From Candidatus Oxydemutatoraceae bacterium (GTDB lineage: Bacteria > Pseudomonadota > Gammaproteobacteria > Poriferisulfidales > Oxydemutatoraceae): DNA of 64,000 bases. How positions within the stretch are numbered: position 1 is the stretch's first letter; each line of letters starts with the position of its first letter. The notes beneath the pieces are model-generated. The model was not told where the DNA came from. It worked only from the letters and a program-made list of their open reading frames with translations, and did no database searches. Location of the stretch: NCBI GenBank assembly GCA_965220085.1, contig CBDCOZ010000003.1, forward strand, positions 384,001 to 448,000. The letters run 5' to 3'. This document shows positions 1 through 8,314 of the stretch, piece after piece. Position numbers and translations under genes: made by a program.

Positions 1-1641
1 CTGCCGCGGCGTCATCAGGAGGATGCCGCGGGCGGACGGCGGCAGCACATAGTTGTCGTGTTCAAGGCTGTGCATCAGCCACCCGCGCCAGAAATAAAAG
101 CCGCCCTCCAGGCGCTCTTCGGCGGCGGCGGTTTGCATATGCCCGAGCATATCGAGCAACTTTTTGCCGGCGGCATCAACGGCCAGGCGTTTGCGCATGC
201 CGGTCTCTTCCATCGCTTCAAACAACGTCGAGAAATAATGCGTCAACGGCTGTTTGCTTTGGGTCGCGAGCGCTTGCAACTTGGCAAGAACTTCGATGAT
301 GCGCTGTCCGACCTCCCGCGCATAAGTGATATCGTCATCCGGCAGCGCCCGCAGCAACTCCTCCGCCGTTTGCGGCAACTGCGGCAATTTGGCCAGACAT
401 CTCTCCAGACTGCCGACCGCGCGCAGCCGTTGATTGGAGGTGATGTCAAACGAAAAGAAAGGCGAACGCATCAGAGTGATCAGCGCGGCGCTGTCAAACT
501 GCCCCCTTTCGTCGGGCAGCAACTTATACAACGCCGCGGCGGCGCTGGTCGTCGACAGTTCCCATCCGGAGTAGTCTTGCAAGACGAGACCATAGCGGTC
601 AAACGCCGCCAACATCCTGCGCGTCAGTTTGCGGTCAAGGCTGACGATGCCGATTTTTTCGCAACCTTGCTCCATCCAATCCTTTATCGCCAGATAAGCC
701 CCCCACGCGTGTTGCTCAAAAGACGCCGGCTGAAACACCCGCAGGCGACCGGCGGCGGGGCTATCCGGCGTTGCTGCGGCAAACGCTTTGGCGCGCGTTT
801 GCAGCGGCTCGGCTCGGTCGGCAAAAACCGCCTCAAAAAAGCGCGAGAAGTCGCCGCTCGCCGCGGGCGGTGTGATGTCCTCGCCGCAGATATTCATCGC
901 CGTTTGGCGCGCCGGGTTGGGGTAACGCAACGGCTGTTTGGTATCTTGCAGCAGCAGCGTCAGGCGATTTTGCGCATACAACTTCCGCGCCCAGCGCGTC
1001 TGACACGGGGTCAGCTTGTCCGTCCCGCACAGATAGATATGCTCGTCTTCGGCGGTCAGCGCATCCTCGATGAACGCCATGCGCTCAAGCCGATGCGGGT
1101 CGTCGTCGCCGTCGCTGATCAAGTCTTTCCACACTTTCCACAGCGCCAGAAACATGTTGCTATCGTCGTTCCACACATCCTGCTTGAGGTTGCGCAAGTC
1201 CCGCTCCAGCATCGCGATGTCATACTCGCCGCTGTCGCTCAATTCGCTGATCTCATTGAACAGGCTCAGCAATGCATCGGTCGCTTGCCACGGGCTCTGG
1301 TTGGGAAACAGGTCGGGGTGTTCGGCCAGAGCGTGTGCGAACGCCAGTTGCTCGCGCCGCGCCGTGACTTCGGTTTTTGAACTTGCCAGACAGCGGTCGA
1401 CAAACAAGCCGCGCACGGTCGTAATCGTCGGCGGGATGACAGCGCCGTAGCCCCTTTGTTGTGCGCAGGCGAGTATTTCGGAGCGCAACACGACAAATTG
1501 CGCTTTGATTCGGCGCAGCGCATCGGGCAACAGGATGACCGCGCCGCTTAAGTCGGGCAGGCGCTCCTCAAAATCGGCGACGACCGTCTCGCCGCACTTG
1601 GCAATCAGATTATCCTCAAAGGGGATGGCGTAGCGGGCCAC
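1..1641 (-). CDS. AddB-like / PD-(D/E)XK DNA repair nuclease subunit, N-terminal part (runs off the window)
   Basis: Manual minus-strand translation from GTG at 1641 (MARYAIPFEDNLIA...LPDLSGAVILLP...DRKLTRR...DYSGWELSTTSAAAAL...), open to position 1. Sits directly downstream of fdxA. Not in the ORF track because its stop is outside the window. Confidence 0.65.
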   Translation of the reverse strand, partial: MARYAIPFEDNLIAKCGETVVADFEERLPDLSGAVILLPDALRRIKAQFVVLRSEILACAQQRGYGAVIPPTITTVRGLFVDRCLASSKTEVTARREQLAFAHALAEHPDLFPNQSPWQATDALLSLFNEISELSDSGEYDIAMLERDLRNLKQDVWNDDSNMFLALWKVWKDLISDGDDDPHRLERMAFIEDALTAEDEHIYLCGTDKLTPCQTRWARKLYAQNRLTLLLQDTKQPLRYPNPARQTAMNICGEDITPPAASGDFSRFFEAVFADRAEPLQTRAKAFAAATPDSPAAGRLRVFQPASFEQHAWGAYLAIKDWMEQGCEKIGIVSLDRKLTRRMLAAFDRYGLVLQDYSGWELSTTSAAAALYKLLPDERGQFDSAALITLMRSPFFSFDITSNQRLRAVGSLERCLAKLPQLPQTAEELLRALPDDDITYAREVGQRIIEVLAKLQALATQSKQPLTHYFSTLFEAMEETGMRKRLAVDAAGKKLLDMLGHMQTAAAEERLEGGFYFWRGWLMHSLEHDNYVLPPSARGILLMTPRQ

Positions 1642-1647
1642 GGAGTG

Positions 1648-1971
1648 TCAGCGTTCCAGCAGTTTCAACTTGTCCGGTTTCCCTTTCCACGCATCGGCAT
1701 CGGGGGGAGCGTCTTTCTTGACTGTGATCACCGGCCACTGCAAAGACAAGTCCGCATTCAGTCGCAAGAAAGGTTTCTGTTCGTCCTTGAGGTCGTCTTC
1801 CGACAGGATGGCATCGATCGGGCATTCCGGTTCGCACAGCGAGCAGTCGATACACTCTTCGGGGTCGATCACCAAAAAGTTCGGCCCCTCGTGAAAGCAA
1901 TCGACCGGGCAGACCTCGACACAATCTGTGTATTTGCACTTGATGCAGTTTTCGGTAACGACAAAAGTCAT
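1648..1971 (-). CDS. fdxA: 7Fe ferredoxin (FdxA/FdI family)
   Basis: [51 protein letters not shown] signature. Confidence 0.95.
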   Translation of the reverse strand: MTFVVTENCIKCKYTDCVEVCPVDCFHEGPNFLVIDPEECIDCSLCEPECPIDAILSEDDLKDEQKPFLRLNADLSLQWPVITVKKDAPPDADAWKGKPDKLKLLER

Positions 1972-2234
1972 GATTCATAAAGACGAACGCGCCTATTGTA
2001 TATAGAATGGCGCGCGCTTCCAACTGCCGGAGCGTATCGCGGGCTCTGTGCCCGGCCTTCTCGCTGCTCCTGCGGATATGGCGGGGGTGTGGCGTATGGC
2101 GCAAGGGAACGCCGATAGAAGGGGGAATATATGCTTGACTCCGCCTAGCCGACGAGGGGCATTGTTGCAAAAGGGCTTGTCTGCGGTAGAATAACCGCTG
2201 ACTTATTTTACATACTGCTATCAAGAACAATACT

Positions 2235-3749
2235 ATGAGTTATCGGATGCCTTCTCCCAGCCGTCGCGCAAGCGGCCTCTGGTTGTTTCTTCTGTTTGTG
2301 TTGTGCGGTCAAGCACAAGCACAGAACATTGCCGCTACCGGCGAACCCGGCGTCACAGCGGCCGACAACACCAACCTGACTACGATGGGCCCCAAAGAGG
2401 ACAGTGTGCTGACCGCAGTTCGAGGCAGCATTAACGATGACAATGACTTAACCACTTTCACGCCGACTTGGCAATGGAGCATAGCCGACACCAGTGACGG
2501 CGCCTACGCCGACATCAGCACGGCGACCGCCGCCACCTTCACGCCCTTGCAGGAGCATGTCGGCAAGTTCGTCCGCGCCTGTGCCACCTTCAACGATGAC
2601 GACAACAACCGCGAGACCCGTTGCTGGACCTCCGTCGCCGCCGTCGTCAATGTCAATGATGCCCCGGTTGCATCGAACAACACCATCTTTGTGCCAGTGG
2701 GCGGCACTTATACCTTCTCGGCGGGCGACTTCCCGTTCACCGATGAAGATGGCGATGCGCTGTCGCAGGTAATCTTCGGCACTGTTGGTGCGGGCAGCAC
2801 AACTCTATCGGGCAGCGATGTTAACCCAATTGGAAATGCATCAGATGGAGTTCTAGCGTCGGGTATTGTGGGATATGCACCCGCAACCGGTGCCACCACA
2901 GTCATGGCACCTTACACCACCTTTACCTTCAGCGTATCCGCAGGGGGCATAACGGGTGGCGACGCCAGTGCCAATGTCACCATGACCATAGACCTGGTGG
3001 CGGCCACGCAAGCGGCGGCAACCGGCGCGCCGACTGTGACAGCAGCATCGGGCAGCACAGCCTACAACGAGGATGTGGAACTGACCGCATCCGTCACCGG
3101 CGTCACCGATGCCAACGGCATAGTCACCCACACCCGCAACTGGCAATGGCAATCCGCCGCCGCTCAGGCCAGCACCTACACCGCCATCGCCGGGGCCGCC
3201 GCCGCCAAATTCACACCCGAGTCGGAACATGTCGGCCGATACATCCGCGTCTGTCTCAGTTTCACCGACGGCATAGGCACCAACGAGGGCCCGTTGTGCT
3301 CCGTCGGCACCGTCATCGCCGCTACCAATGATGCCCCTGCCAGTGGCGACAGTTCGGTGGATGTGCCGCTCACCGCCACCGCAGCCGATCCCTACGTCTT
3401 TCAGGCCTCCGACTTCCCGTTCATGGACGAGGAGGATGGTACCACCCTGCACGGCGTAGACATAATCAGCGCCGTCGCAACCGGCAAGGGCACGTTGCGC
3501 TATACAGACATGACCGGCACCCTGAGCGGTAGAGACCTCGAAGACGGCAACCTGACCGCGGCCAAACTATCAGGTCTCACCTATTATCCCCCGGCCACCG
3601 CCGTCGCTGGCCCCAACTTTGCCACTTTCACCTTCAGAGTGAGCGATGCCGACGGCGGCAGAAGCGAGAACCATACGATGACCATCAACCTGATATCTGT
3701 CGATATACGCTTGCGCCTGCGCCTCTTCCTGGAAGGCCCGCTACGATAG
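2235..3749 (+). CDS. Secreted Ig/cadherin-like repeat protein with C-terminal RLRLRLFLEGPLR tail (paralog 1; signal-A-B-A-B-tail)
   Basis: Signal peptide ...LFVLCGQAQAQ; two Cys-pair Ig-like modules (W-x-W...ATFTP...HVG...C...C); two cadherin-like modules (DFPFxDE...FTFxVS...TMTIxL); Thr/Ala/Asp-rich. Confidence 0.85.
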   Translation: MSYRMPSPSRRASGLWLFLLFVLCGQAQAQNIAATGEPGVTAADNTNLTTMGPKEDSVLTAVRGSINDDNDLTTFTPTWQWSIADTSDGAYADISTATAATFTPLQEHVGKFVRACATFNDDDNNRETRCWTSVAAVVNVNDAPVASNNTIFVPVGGTYTFSAGDFPFTDEDGDALSQVIFGTVGAGSTTLSGSDVNPIGNASDGVLASGIVGYAPATGATTVMAPYTTFTFSVSAGGITGGDASANVTMTIDLVAATQAAATGAPTVTAASGSTAYNEDVELTASVTGVTDANGIVTHTRNWQWQSAAAQASTYTAIAGAAAAKFTPESEHVGRYIRVCLSFTDGIGTNEGPLCSVGTVIAATNDAPASGDSSVDVPLTATAADPYVFQASDFPFMDEEDGTTLHGVDIISAVATGKGTLRYTDMTGTLSGRDLEDGNLTAAKLSGLTYYPPATAVAGPNFATFTFRVSDADGGRSENHTMTINLISVDIRLRLRLFLEGPLR

Positions 3750-3832
3750 CGCAAGCAATCCTCTTGCGGGACTTGCACCGACGCTCCTTGGGGCTGCCTA
3801 GCGGTAGTTTGGCGATAGCTACCCTAAGAAGT

Positions 3833-3928
3833 CACAAACAATCTAAAAAGCCACAAACAATTAAGTATTGTTTGTGCTCTATAAACTGTTTGTGCTCCTA
3901 TTACGCGCTCTCTTTCAGTTTGTGCTCC
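3833..3928. promoter_or_regulatory. Putative operator: CACAAACA-N9-TGTTTGTG palindrome (3852-3876) plus extra half-sites
   Basis: Inverted repeat seen directly; extra half-sites at 3833, 3887 and 3918; same motif at 41240-41264 and 41373-41397. Confidence 0.55.
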
Positions 3929-3940
3929 ATAACATGCCTC

Positions 3941-4428
3941 TCGCACTATCCCGCAAGCTCCGGAGAAAAGGTGCGACTGGCGCAACCCCGAAGCTTTCTG
4001 GCCCATCGCTTGTGGCTCGGCTTTTGCGCCTCCCGCAAGGAGCGTGTCGCCAGCGCAACCCCGAAACCCTCCTATCGCACTATCCCGCAAGCGCCGGAGA
4101 GAAGGTGCGACTGATGCAACCCCGAAGTTCTCCGCCTATCGCCTGATGGCTCGGCCTTTGCGACTCCTGTGAGGGGAGTGTGTCGCCGGTGCAAGCATGA
4201 AACTTTCTGCCTATCGCCTGTGGCTCGGCCTTTGCGACTCCCGCGAGGGGAGTGTCGCCGGTGCAAGCATGAAACTTTCTGCCCATCGCCTGATGGCTCG
4301 GCTTTTGCGCCTCCTGCGAGAGGGGCGTGTCGCCAGCGCAACCCGAAACCCTCCGCCCATCGCCTGTGGCTTGGCCTTTGCGACTCCTGCGAGGAGGGCG
4401 TGTAGCCGGCGCAACCCCAAAACTTGCG
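3941..4428 (+). repeat. Array 1 of ~74-bp (type A) and ~63-bp (type B) hairpin repeats
   Basis: Type A: GCCTATCGCCTGTGGCTCGGCCTTTGCGACTCC-(loop)-GGGAGTGTGTCGCCGGTGCAAGCATGAAACTTTCT. Type B: TCGCACTATCCCGCAAGCGCCGGAGAAAAGGTGCGA. Order B-A-B-A-A-A-A. Confidence 0.9.
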
Positions 4429-4432
4429 TTTG

Positions 4433-4615
4433 GGGGATAGGTGTGTATAATGCGGGTTTTATTGGAGATGGTCGCACCGTCGGCACAGCGTAACCCAACG
4501 GAATGGGATGTGTGCATGGTGTGGGCTTTGCCAGAGATGACTGGCACCATCGGCATAGTGGAACCCAACAGAATGGGATGTGTGTGTATGGTGCGGGCTT
4601 TGCCGGAGATGGCTG
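4433..4615 (+). repeat. Degenerate ~70-bp tandem repeat (about 2.5 copies) upstream of paralog 2
   Basis: GGGATGTGTG..ATGGTG.GGGCTTTGCC.GAGATG recurs; the first copy contains TATAAT. Confidence 0.7.
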
Positions 4616-4692
4616 CGCTTGCTTGCAGGGCGTATGCGAATCGTTTATATCGTATGTTTGATGCAAGATACTTTTTAAGGAGGATTAAAATA

Positions 4693-5757
4693 ATGTTTAT
4701 AGCAAATTTTAACACTAAAAATACCCCCCCCCCCCCCTATGCAACATTAAGCAGGCGTAGCCTCTGGTCGCTTCTGTTGTTCGCTCTGTTTACCGTCTGC
4801 GGTCAAGCGCAAGCACAACAGAACGCCACTGGCGCACCGGCGGTCACGGCGGCGGACAGGGCCGCCCGGCGCCCGCAGCGCATCATCTTATGCTTATCCA
4901 ATTCCCCGGCATTTTTCGCCGCAACCCACAGCACCCCGCCCGCCGCAGGCCCCGGCCTCATGCGGACGATGATCCTCCGCGGCTTCTTGCCGCTGATCCT
5001 GCTCCCCCTCGTCATCGCCTGCGGCGAGCTGCAGGCGCAGGACAACGCCACCGGCATGCCCGCCGTCACCTACGCCAGCGGCATAACCGTTCCCACTGAG
5101 GGCTCCGCCATCACCGCAACCCAAGGCACCATAGAAGACCCGGACAATACGCCAACCACCGGCCTCGGTTCCATACAGTGGATATGGAGCCAGGCCGATA
5201 CCAATGGCGGCACCTACACTCCCGTTCACCTCGCAGCCACTTTCACCCCGTTGCAGGCCCATGTCGGCAAGTTTCTGCGGATCTGCGTGAGCTTTCGAGA
5301 CAACACCAACAATGACGAGGAGCGATGCCTGCAGATAGCCACCGCTGTGGCCGCTAATGATGCGCCCACCAGTGACGATGCCTTTGTGAATGCGCTGGCC
5401 ACCGCAACCGCAGACTCGCCATATGCATTCAAGATCGGCGATTTCCCATTCATGGACGAGGACACCGGCGCAGCTCTGACCAGCATAACCATAGTTGAGA
5501 CTATAGCATCCGGCACCGGCACACTCCGCGACGGCAGCACCGCAGTGGCCGATGGCACCACAGTGATGGCCGCCAATCTGAGTGGCCTCACATACTATCC
5601 CCCGGCCAACGCCACCCCCGCCGCCAACTTTGCCAGCTTCACTTTCACCGTCAGCGATGGCGCCGCAGACAGCGCAGATGACTACACCATGACCATCAAT
5701 CTGGTGGAGCATCTGCGCTTGCGGTTGCGCCTCTTTCTGGAAGGCCCGCTGCGATAG
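4693..5757 (+). CDS. Secreted Ig/cadherin-like protein with RLRLRLFLEGPLR tail (paralog 2; poly-C tract, two leader peptides)
   Basis: ATG 4693 follows an AAGGAGGA RBS and is in frame with track ORF 4441..5757; C14 tract at 4724-4737; modules A-B-tail. Confidence 0.8.
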   Translation: MFIANFNTKNTPPPPYATLSRRSLWSLLLFALFTVCGQAQAQQNATGAPAVTAADRAARRPQRIILCLSNSPAFFAATHSTPPAAGPGLMRTMILRGFLPLILLPLVIACGELQAQDNATGMPAVTYASGITVPTEGSAITATQGTIEDPDNTPTTGLGSIQWIWSQADTNGGTYTPVHLAATFTPLQAHVGKFLRICVSFRDNTNNDEERCLQIATAVAANDAPTSDDAFVNALATATADSPYAFKIGDFPFMDEDTGAALTSITIVETIASGTGTLRDGSTAVADGTTVMAANLSGLTYYPPANATPAANFASFTFTVSDGAADSADDYTMTINLVEHLRLRLRLFLEGPLR

Positions 5758-5788
5758 CGCGAACCATCTCCTTGCGGGACTTGCGCTA

Positions 5789-6285
5789 CGCCCATCGCTT
5801 GTGGCTCGGCCTTTGCGCCTCCCGCAAGGAGGGCGTGTAGTTGGCGCAACCCCGAAACTCTCCTATCGCACTATCCCGCAAGCGCCGGAGAAAAGGTGCG
5901 ACTGATGCAACCCCGAAGTTCTCCGCCTATCGCCTGATGGCTCGGCCTTTGCGACTCCTGTGAGGGGAGTGTGTCGCCGGTGCAAGCATGAAACTTTCTG
6001 CCTATCGCCTGTGGCTCGGCCTTTGCGACTCCTGTGAGGGGAGTGTGTCGCCGGTGCAAGCATGAAACTTTCTGCCTATCGCCTGTGGCTCGGCCTTTGC
6101 GACTCCCGCGAGGGGAGTGTGTCGCCGGTGCAAGCATGAAACTTTCTGCCTATCGCCTGTGGCTCGGCCTTTGCGACTCCTGTGAGGGGAGTGTGTCGCT
6201 GGCGCAGGCACGAAGTTCGCCGCCTATCGTCTGCGGCTCGGTCTTTGCGACTCCTGCGAACGTGTCGCCGGCGCCGCCGCGAAAC
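5789..6285 (+). repeat. Array 2 of ~74-bp/~63-bp hairpin repeats
   Basis: Same units as array 1, order A-B-A-A-A-A-degenerate A; period 74-75 bp from 5925. Confidence 0.9.
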
Positions 6286-6411
6286 GTTCTCACTCTATGC
6301 GGCGACAAGCATATAGCCGATAGGAGGCAATCTGTTTGACGGATACCTTGGGAAAGGTGAAAATAGCCGTCGGCGGGCACCCGTCTGCCAGATTGCAATG
6401 GGCGTGAGACT

Positions 6412-7035
6412 TTGAACAAGGGACAAATTTTTGTATTTTCCGGGCCGTCGGGCGCCGGCAAGACGAGCTTGTTGCGCAAGTTGCTGGCGAATATTGACCG
6501 GCTGAAGTTATCGACTTCATATACCACGCGTCCGTTGCGCAACGGCGAGAAGAACGGATGCGAGTATCACTTTGTCGATGAGGCGACCTTCGCGCAAATG
6601 ATCGGCGCCGATGATTTTTTGGAATACGCGCGTGTCTTTGATGCCATGTACGGAACCGCAAAGCGGACTGTCGCCGATATCATCGGCGGCGGGGACAGCG
6701 TCGTCTTGGAGTTGGATTGGCAGGGCGCGAAAGCGGTGCGGGAGTGTTTTGACGATGTCGTCTCGGTCTTTATTTTGCCGCCTTCAAAGGCGCATCTGCG
6801 GCGGCGGCTTGAGGAGCGCAAACGGGATTCAAGCGAGGTGATTAACAGCAGGATGAGTCGGGCGATGGACGAGATGGGGCACCACGATGAGTTTGATTAT
6901 GTCGTGGTCAATGACGATTTTGAGAAGACCCACGGTGCGCTGGAGACGATTGTGCGCGACGGCGCGCAAGACGATGCGTCCGTTGCGCACAGCCGCGAGG
7001 TTATCCGCAGTTTGGGTCTTGGGGGAGCGCGATGA
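6412..7035 (+). CDS. gmk: Guanylate kinase
   Basis: SGPSGAGKTS P-loop, STSYTTRPLR, YGT, LELDWQGA. Confidence 0.95.
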   Translation: MNKGQIFVFSGPSGAGKTSLLRKLLANIDRLKLSTSYTTRPLRNGEKNGCEYHFVDEATFAQMIGADDFLEYARVFDAMYGTAKRTVADIIGGGDSVVLELDWQGAKAVRECFDDVVSVFILPPSKAHLRRRLEERKRDSSEVINSRMSRAMDEMGHHDEFDYVVVNDDFEKTHGALETIVRDGAQDDASVAHSREVIRSLGLGGAR

Positions 7036-7364
7036 AGCCGGGTGAGTCGCCGATTAAGCTGACAGCGGCTGCGGCTGCGCAGATGAAGAAGTCGTCGGAG
7101 CTGAGCGAGTCGCAGGGGTGGCCGCTTCGTATCGCCGCGCGGCGCGATGAGTCGGAGACCTTTCAATATGCGATGGGCTTTGACGCGCAGAGCTACGAGG
7201 ACGACATCAGTTTCAAGAGCGAGGGGGTTGATCTTGTCATCCGCGCCGGGATGCTGACTTTGCTCAAGGGCATGGAGGTGGATTATGTGGAGATCGAAAA
7301 GGGGCGGCACAGTTTTATCTTCCTAAACCCGAACGATGCGTCGTATGTCGCGCCGCGTGAGTGA
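7032..7364 (+). CDS. HesB/IscA-family Fe-S assembly accessory-like protein
   Basis: IKLTAAAAAQM...LRIAARR...YAMGFD...GMEVDYVE...FIFLNPN; lacks the C-terminal CxC. Confidence 0.75.
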   Translation: MKPGESPIKLTAAAAAQMKKSSELSESQGWPLRIAARRDESETFQYAMGFDAQSYEDDISFKSEGVDLVIRAGMLTLLKGMEVDYVEIEKGRHSFIFLNPNDASYVAPRE

Positions 7365-7948
7365 GCGCGGGGGTCGATCTTGTCATCCGCGCCGGGATGC
7401 TGACTTTGCTCAAGGGCATGGAGGCGGATTATGCGGAGATTGAGAAGGGGCGGCATAGTTTTATCTTCCTAAACCCCAACGATGCGTCGTATGTCGCGCT
7501 GCGTGAGTGAGCGCGGGGGTCGATCTTGTCATCCGCGCCGGGATGCTGACTTTGCTCAAGGGCATGGAGGCGGATTATGCGGAGATTGAAAAGGGACGGC
7601 ACAGTTTTATCTTCCTAAACCCGAACGATGAGTCGTATGTCGCGCCGCGCGAGTGAGCGCGGGGGTCGATCTTGTCATCCGCGCCGGGATGCTGACTTTG
7701 CTCAAGGGCATGGAGGCGGATTATGCGGAGATTGAAAAGGGACGGCACAGTTTTATCTTCCTAAACCCGAACGATGAGTCGTATGTCGCGCCGCGCGAGT
7801 GAGCGCGGGGGCCGATCTTGTCATCCGCGCCGGGATGCTGACTTTGCTCAAGGGCATGGAGGCGGATTATGCGGAGATTGAAAAGGGACGGCACAGTTTT
7901 ATCTTCCTAAACCCGAACGATGAGTCGTATGTCGCGCCGCGCGAGTGA
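7219..7948 (+). repeat. Five tandem 146-bp copies of the 3' end of the HesB-like gene
   Basis: Copies start at 7219, 7365, 7511, 7657 and 7803, each ending in GAGTGA; a few substitutions between copies. Confidence 0.95.
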
Positions 7949-7962
7949 GCGCGGGGCGCGTC

Positions 7963-8304
7963 TTAAATGTAGAGTTTGCGGTCGCGCCTGCGCGTGCCGC
8001 CGCGCTGTATGATCAGCCCTCTGATCGCTTGCGTGTGGGTGATTTCAACGGTCGGGTAGCCGGCGCTGAGCGGCTTGAGAAATTGCCGCCCCTCTTTGAT
8101 GACGAATTGGCGAAAGATGTATTCGCCGTTTACTTCCGCAAGCACATAGGCGCCGTTGGGCGCCAGGCTTTGCGGTTCTATGATGACGATGCACCCGTCG
8201 GGAAACTCCGGTTCCATGCTGTCGCCTAACACGCGCAAGGCGAAGGGTTCGCTCGCGGCACACCCCGCATCGCCCAACTCTTTTATGTCCGCTTCGTCCG
8301 TCAC
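7963..8304 (-). CDS. Stand-alone S24/LexA-like peptidase domain protein
   Basis: FALRVLGDSMEPEFPDGCIVIIEP; no N-terminal HTH; start uncertain (GTG 8304). Confidence 0.8.
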   Translation of the reverse strand: MTDEADIKELGDAGCAASEPFALRVLGDSMEPEFPDGCIVIIEPQSLAPNGAYVLAEVNGEYIFRQFVIKEGRQFLKPLSAGYPTVEITHTQAIRGLIIQRGGTRRRDRKLYI

Positions 8305-8314
8305 CGTGTCGTTC

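Noticed and set aside
58-1380. 440-aa plus-strand ORF and similar long antisense ORFs (e.g. 28388-29374, 33296-34201, 4894-5712)
   Set aside because: Shadow frames of real genes on the opposite strand in GC-rich DNA; no recognisable motifs.
3708-3749. Tag as a DNA-level recombination site or as a known PEP-CTERM, GlyGly-CTERM or autotransporter signal
   Set aside because: Variation is synonymous, pointing to protein-level constraint, and there is no transmembrane segment, barrel or terminal aromatic residue.
3764-4715. Short ORFs across the repeat arrays and the 4441 GTG start
   Set aside because: They are translations of non-coding repeats; the RBS and leader support ATG 4693.
3941-6285. 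74-bp arrays as CRISPR
   Set aside because: Units repeat along their full length with no unique spacers, and no cas genes are present in the window.
7219-7948. 146-bp array as CRISPR or a coding repeat
   Set aside because: It is a copy of a gene end including its stop codon; there are no spacers and the period is not a multiple of 3.
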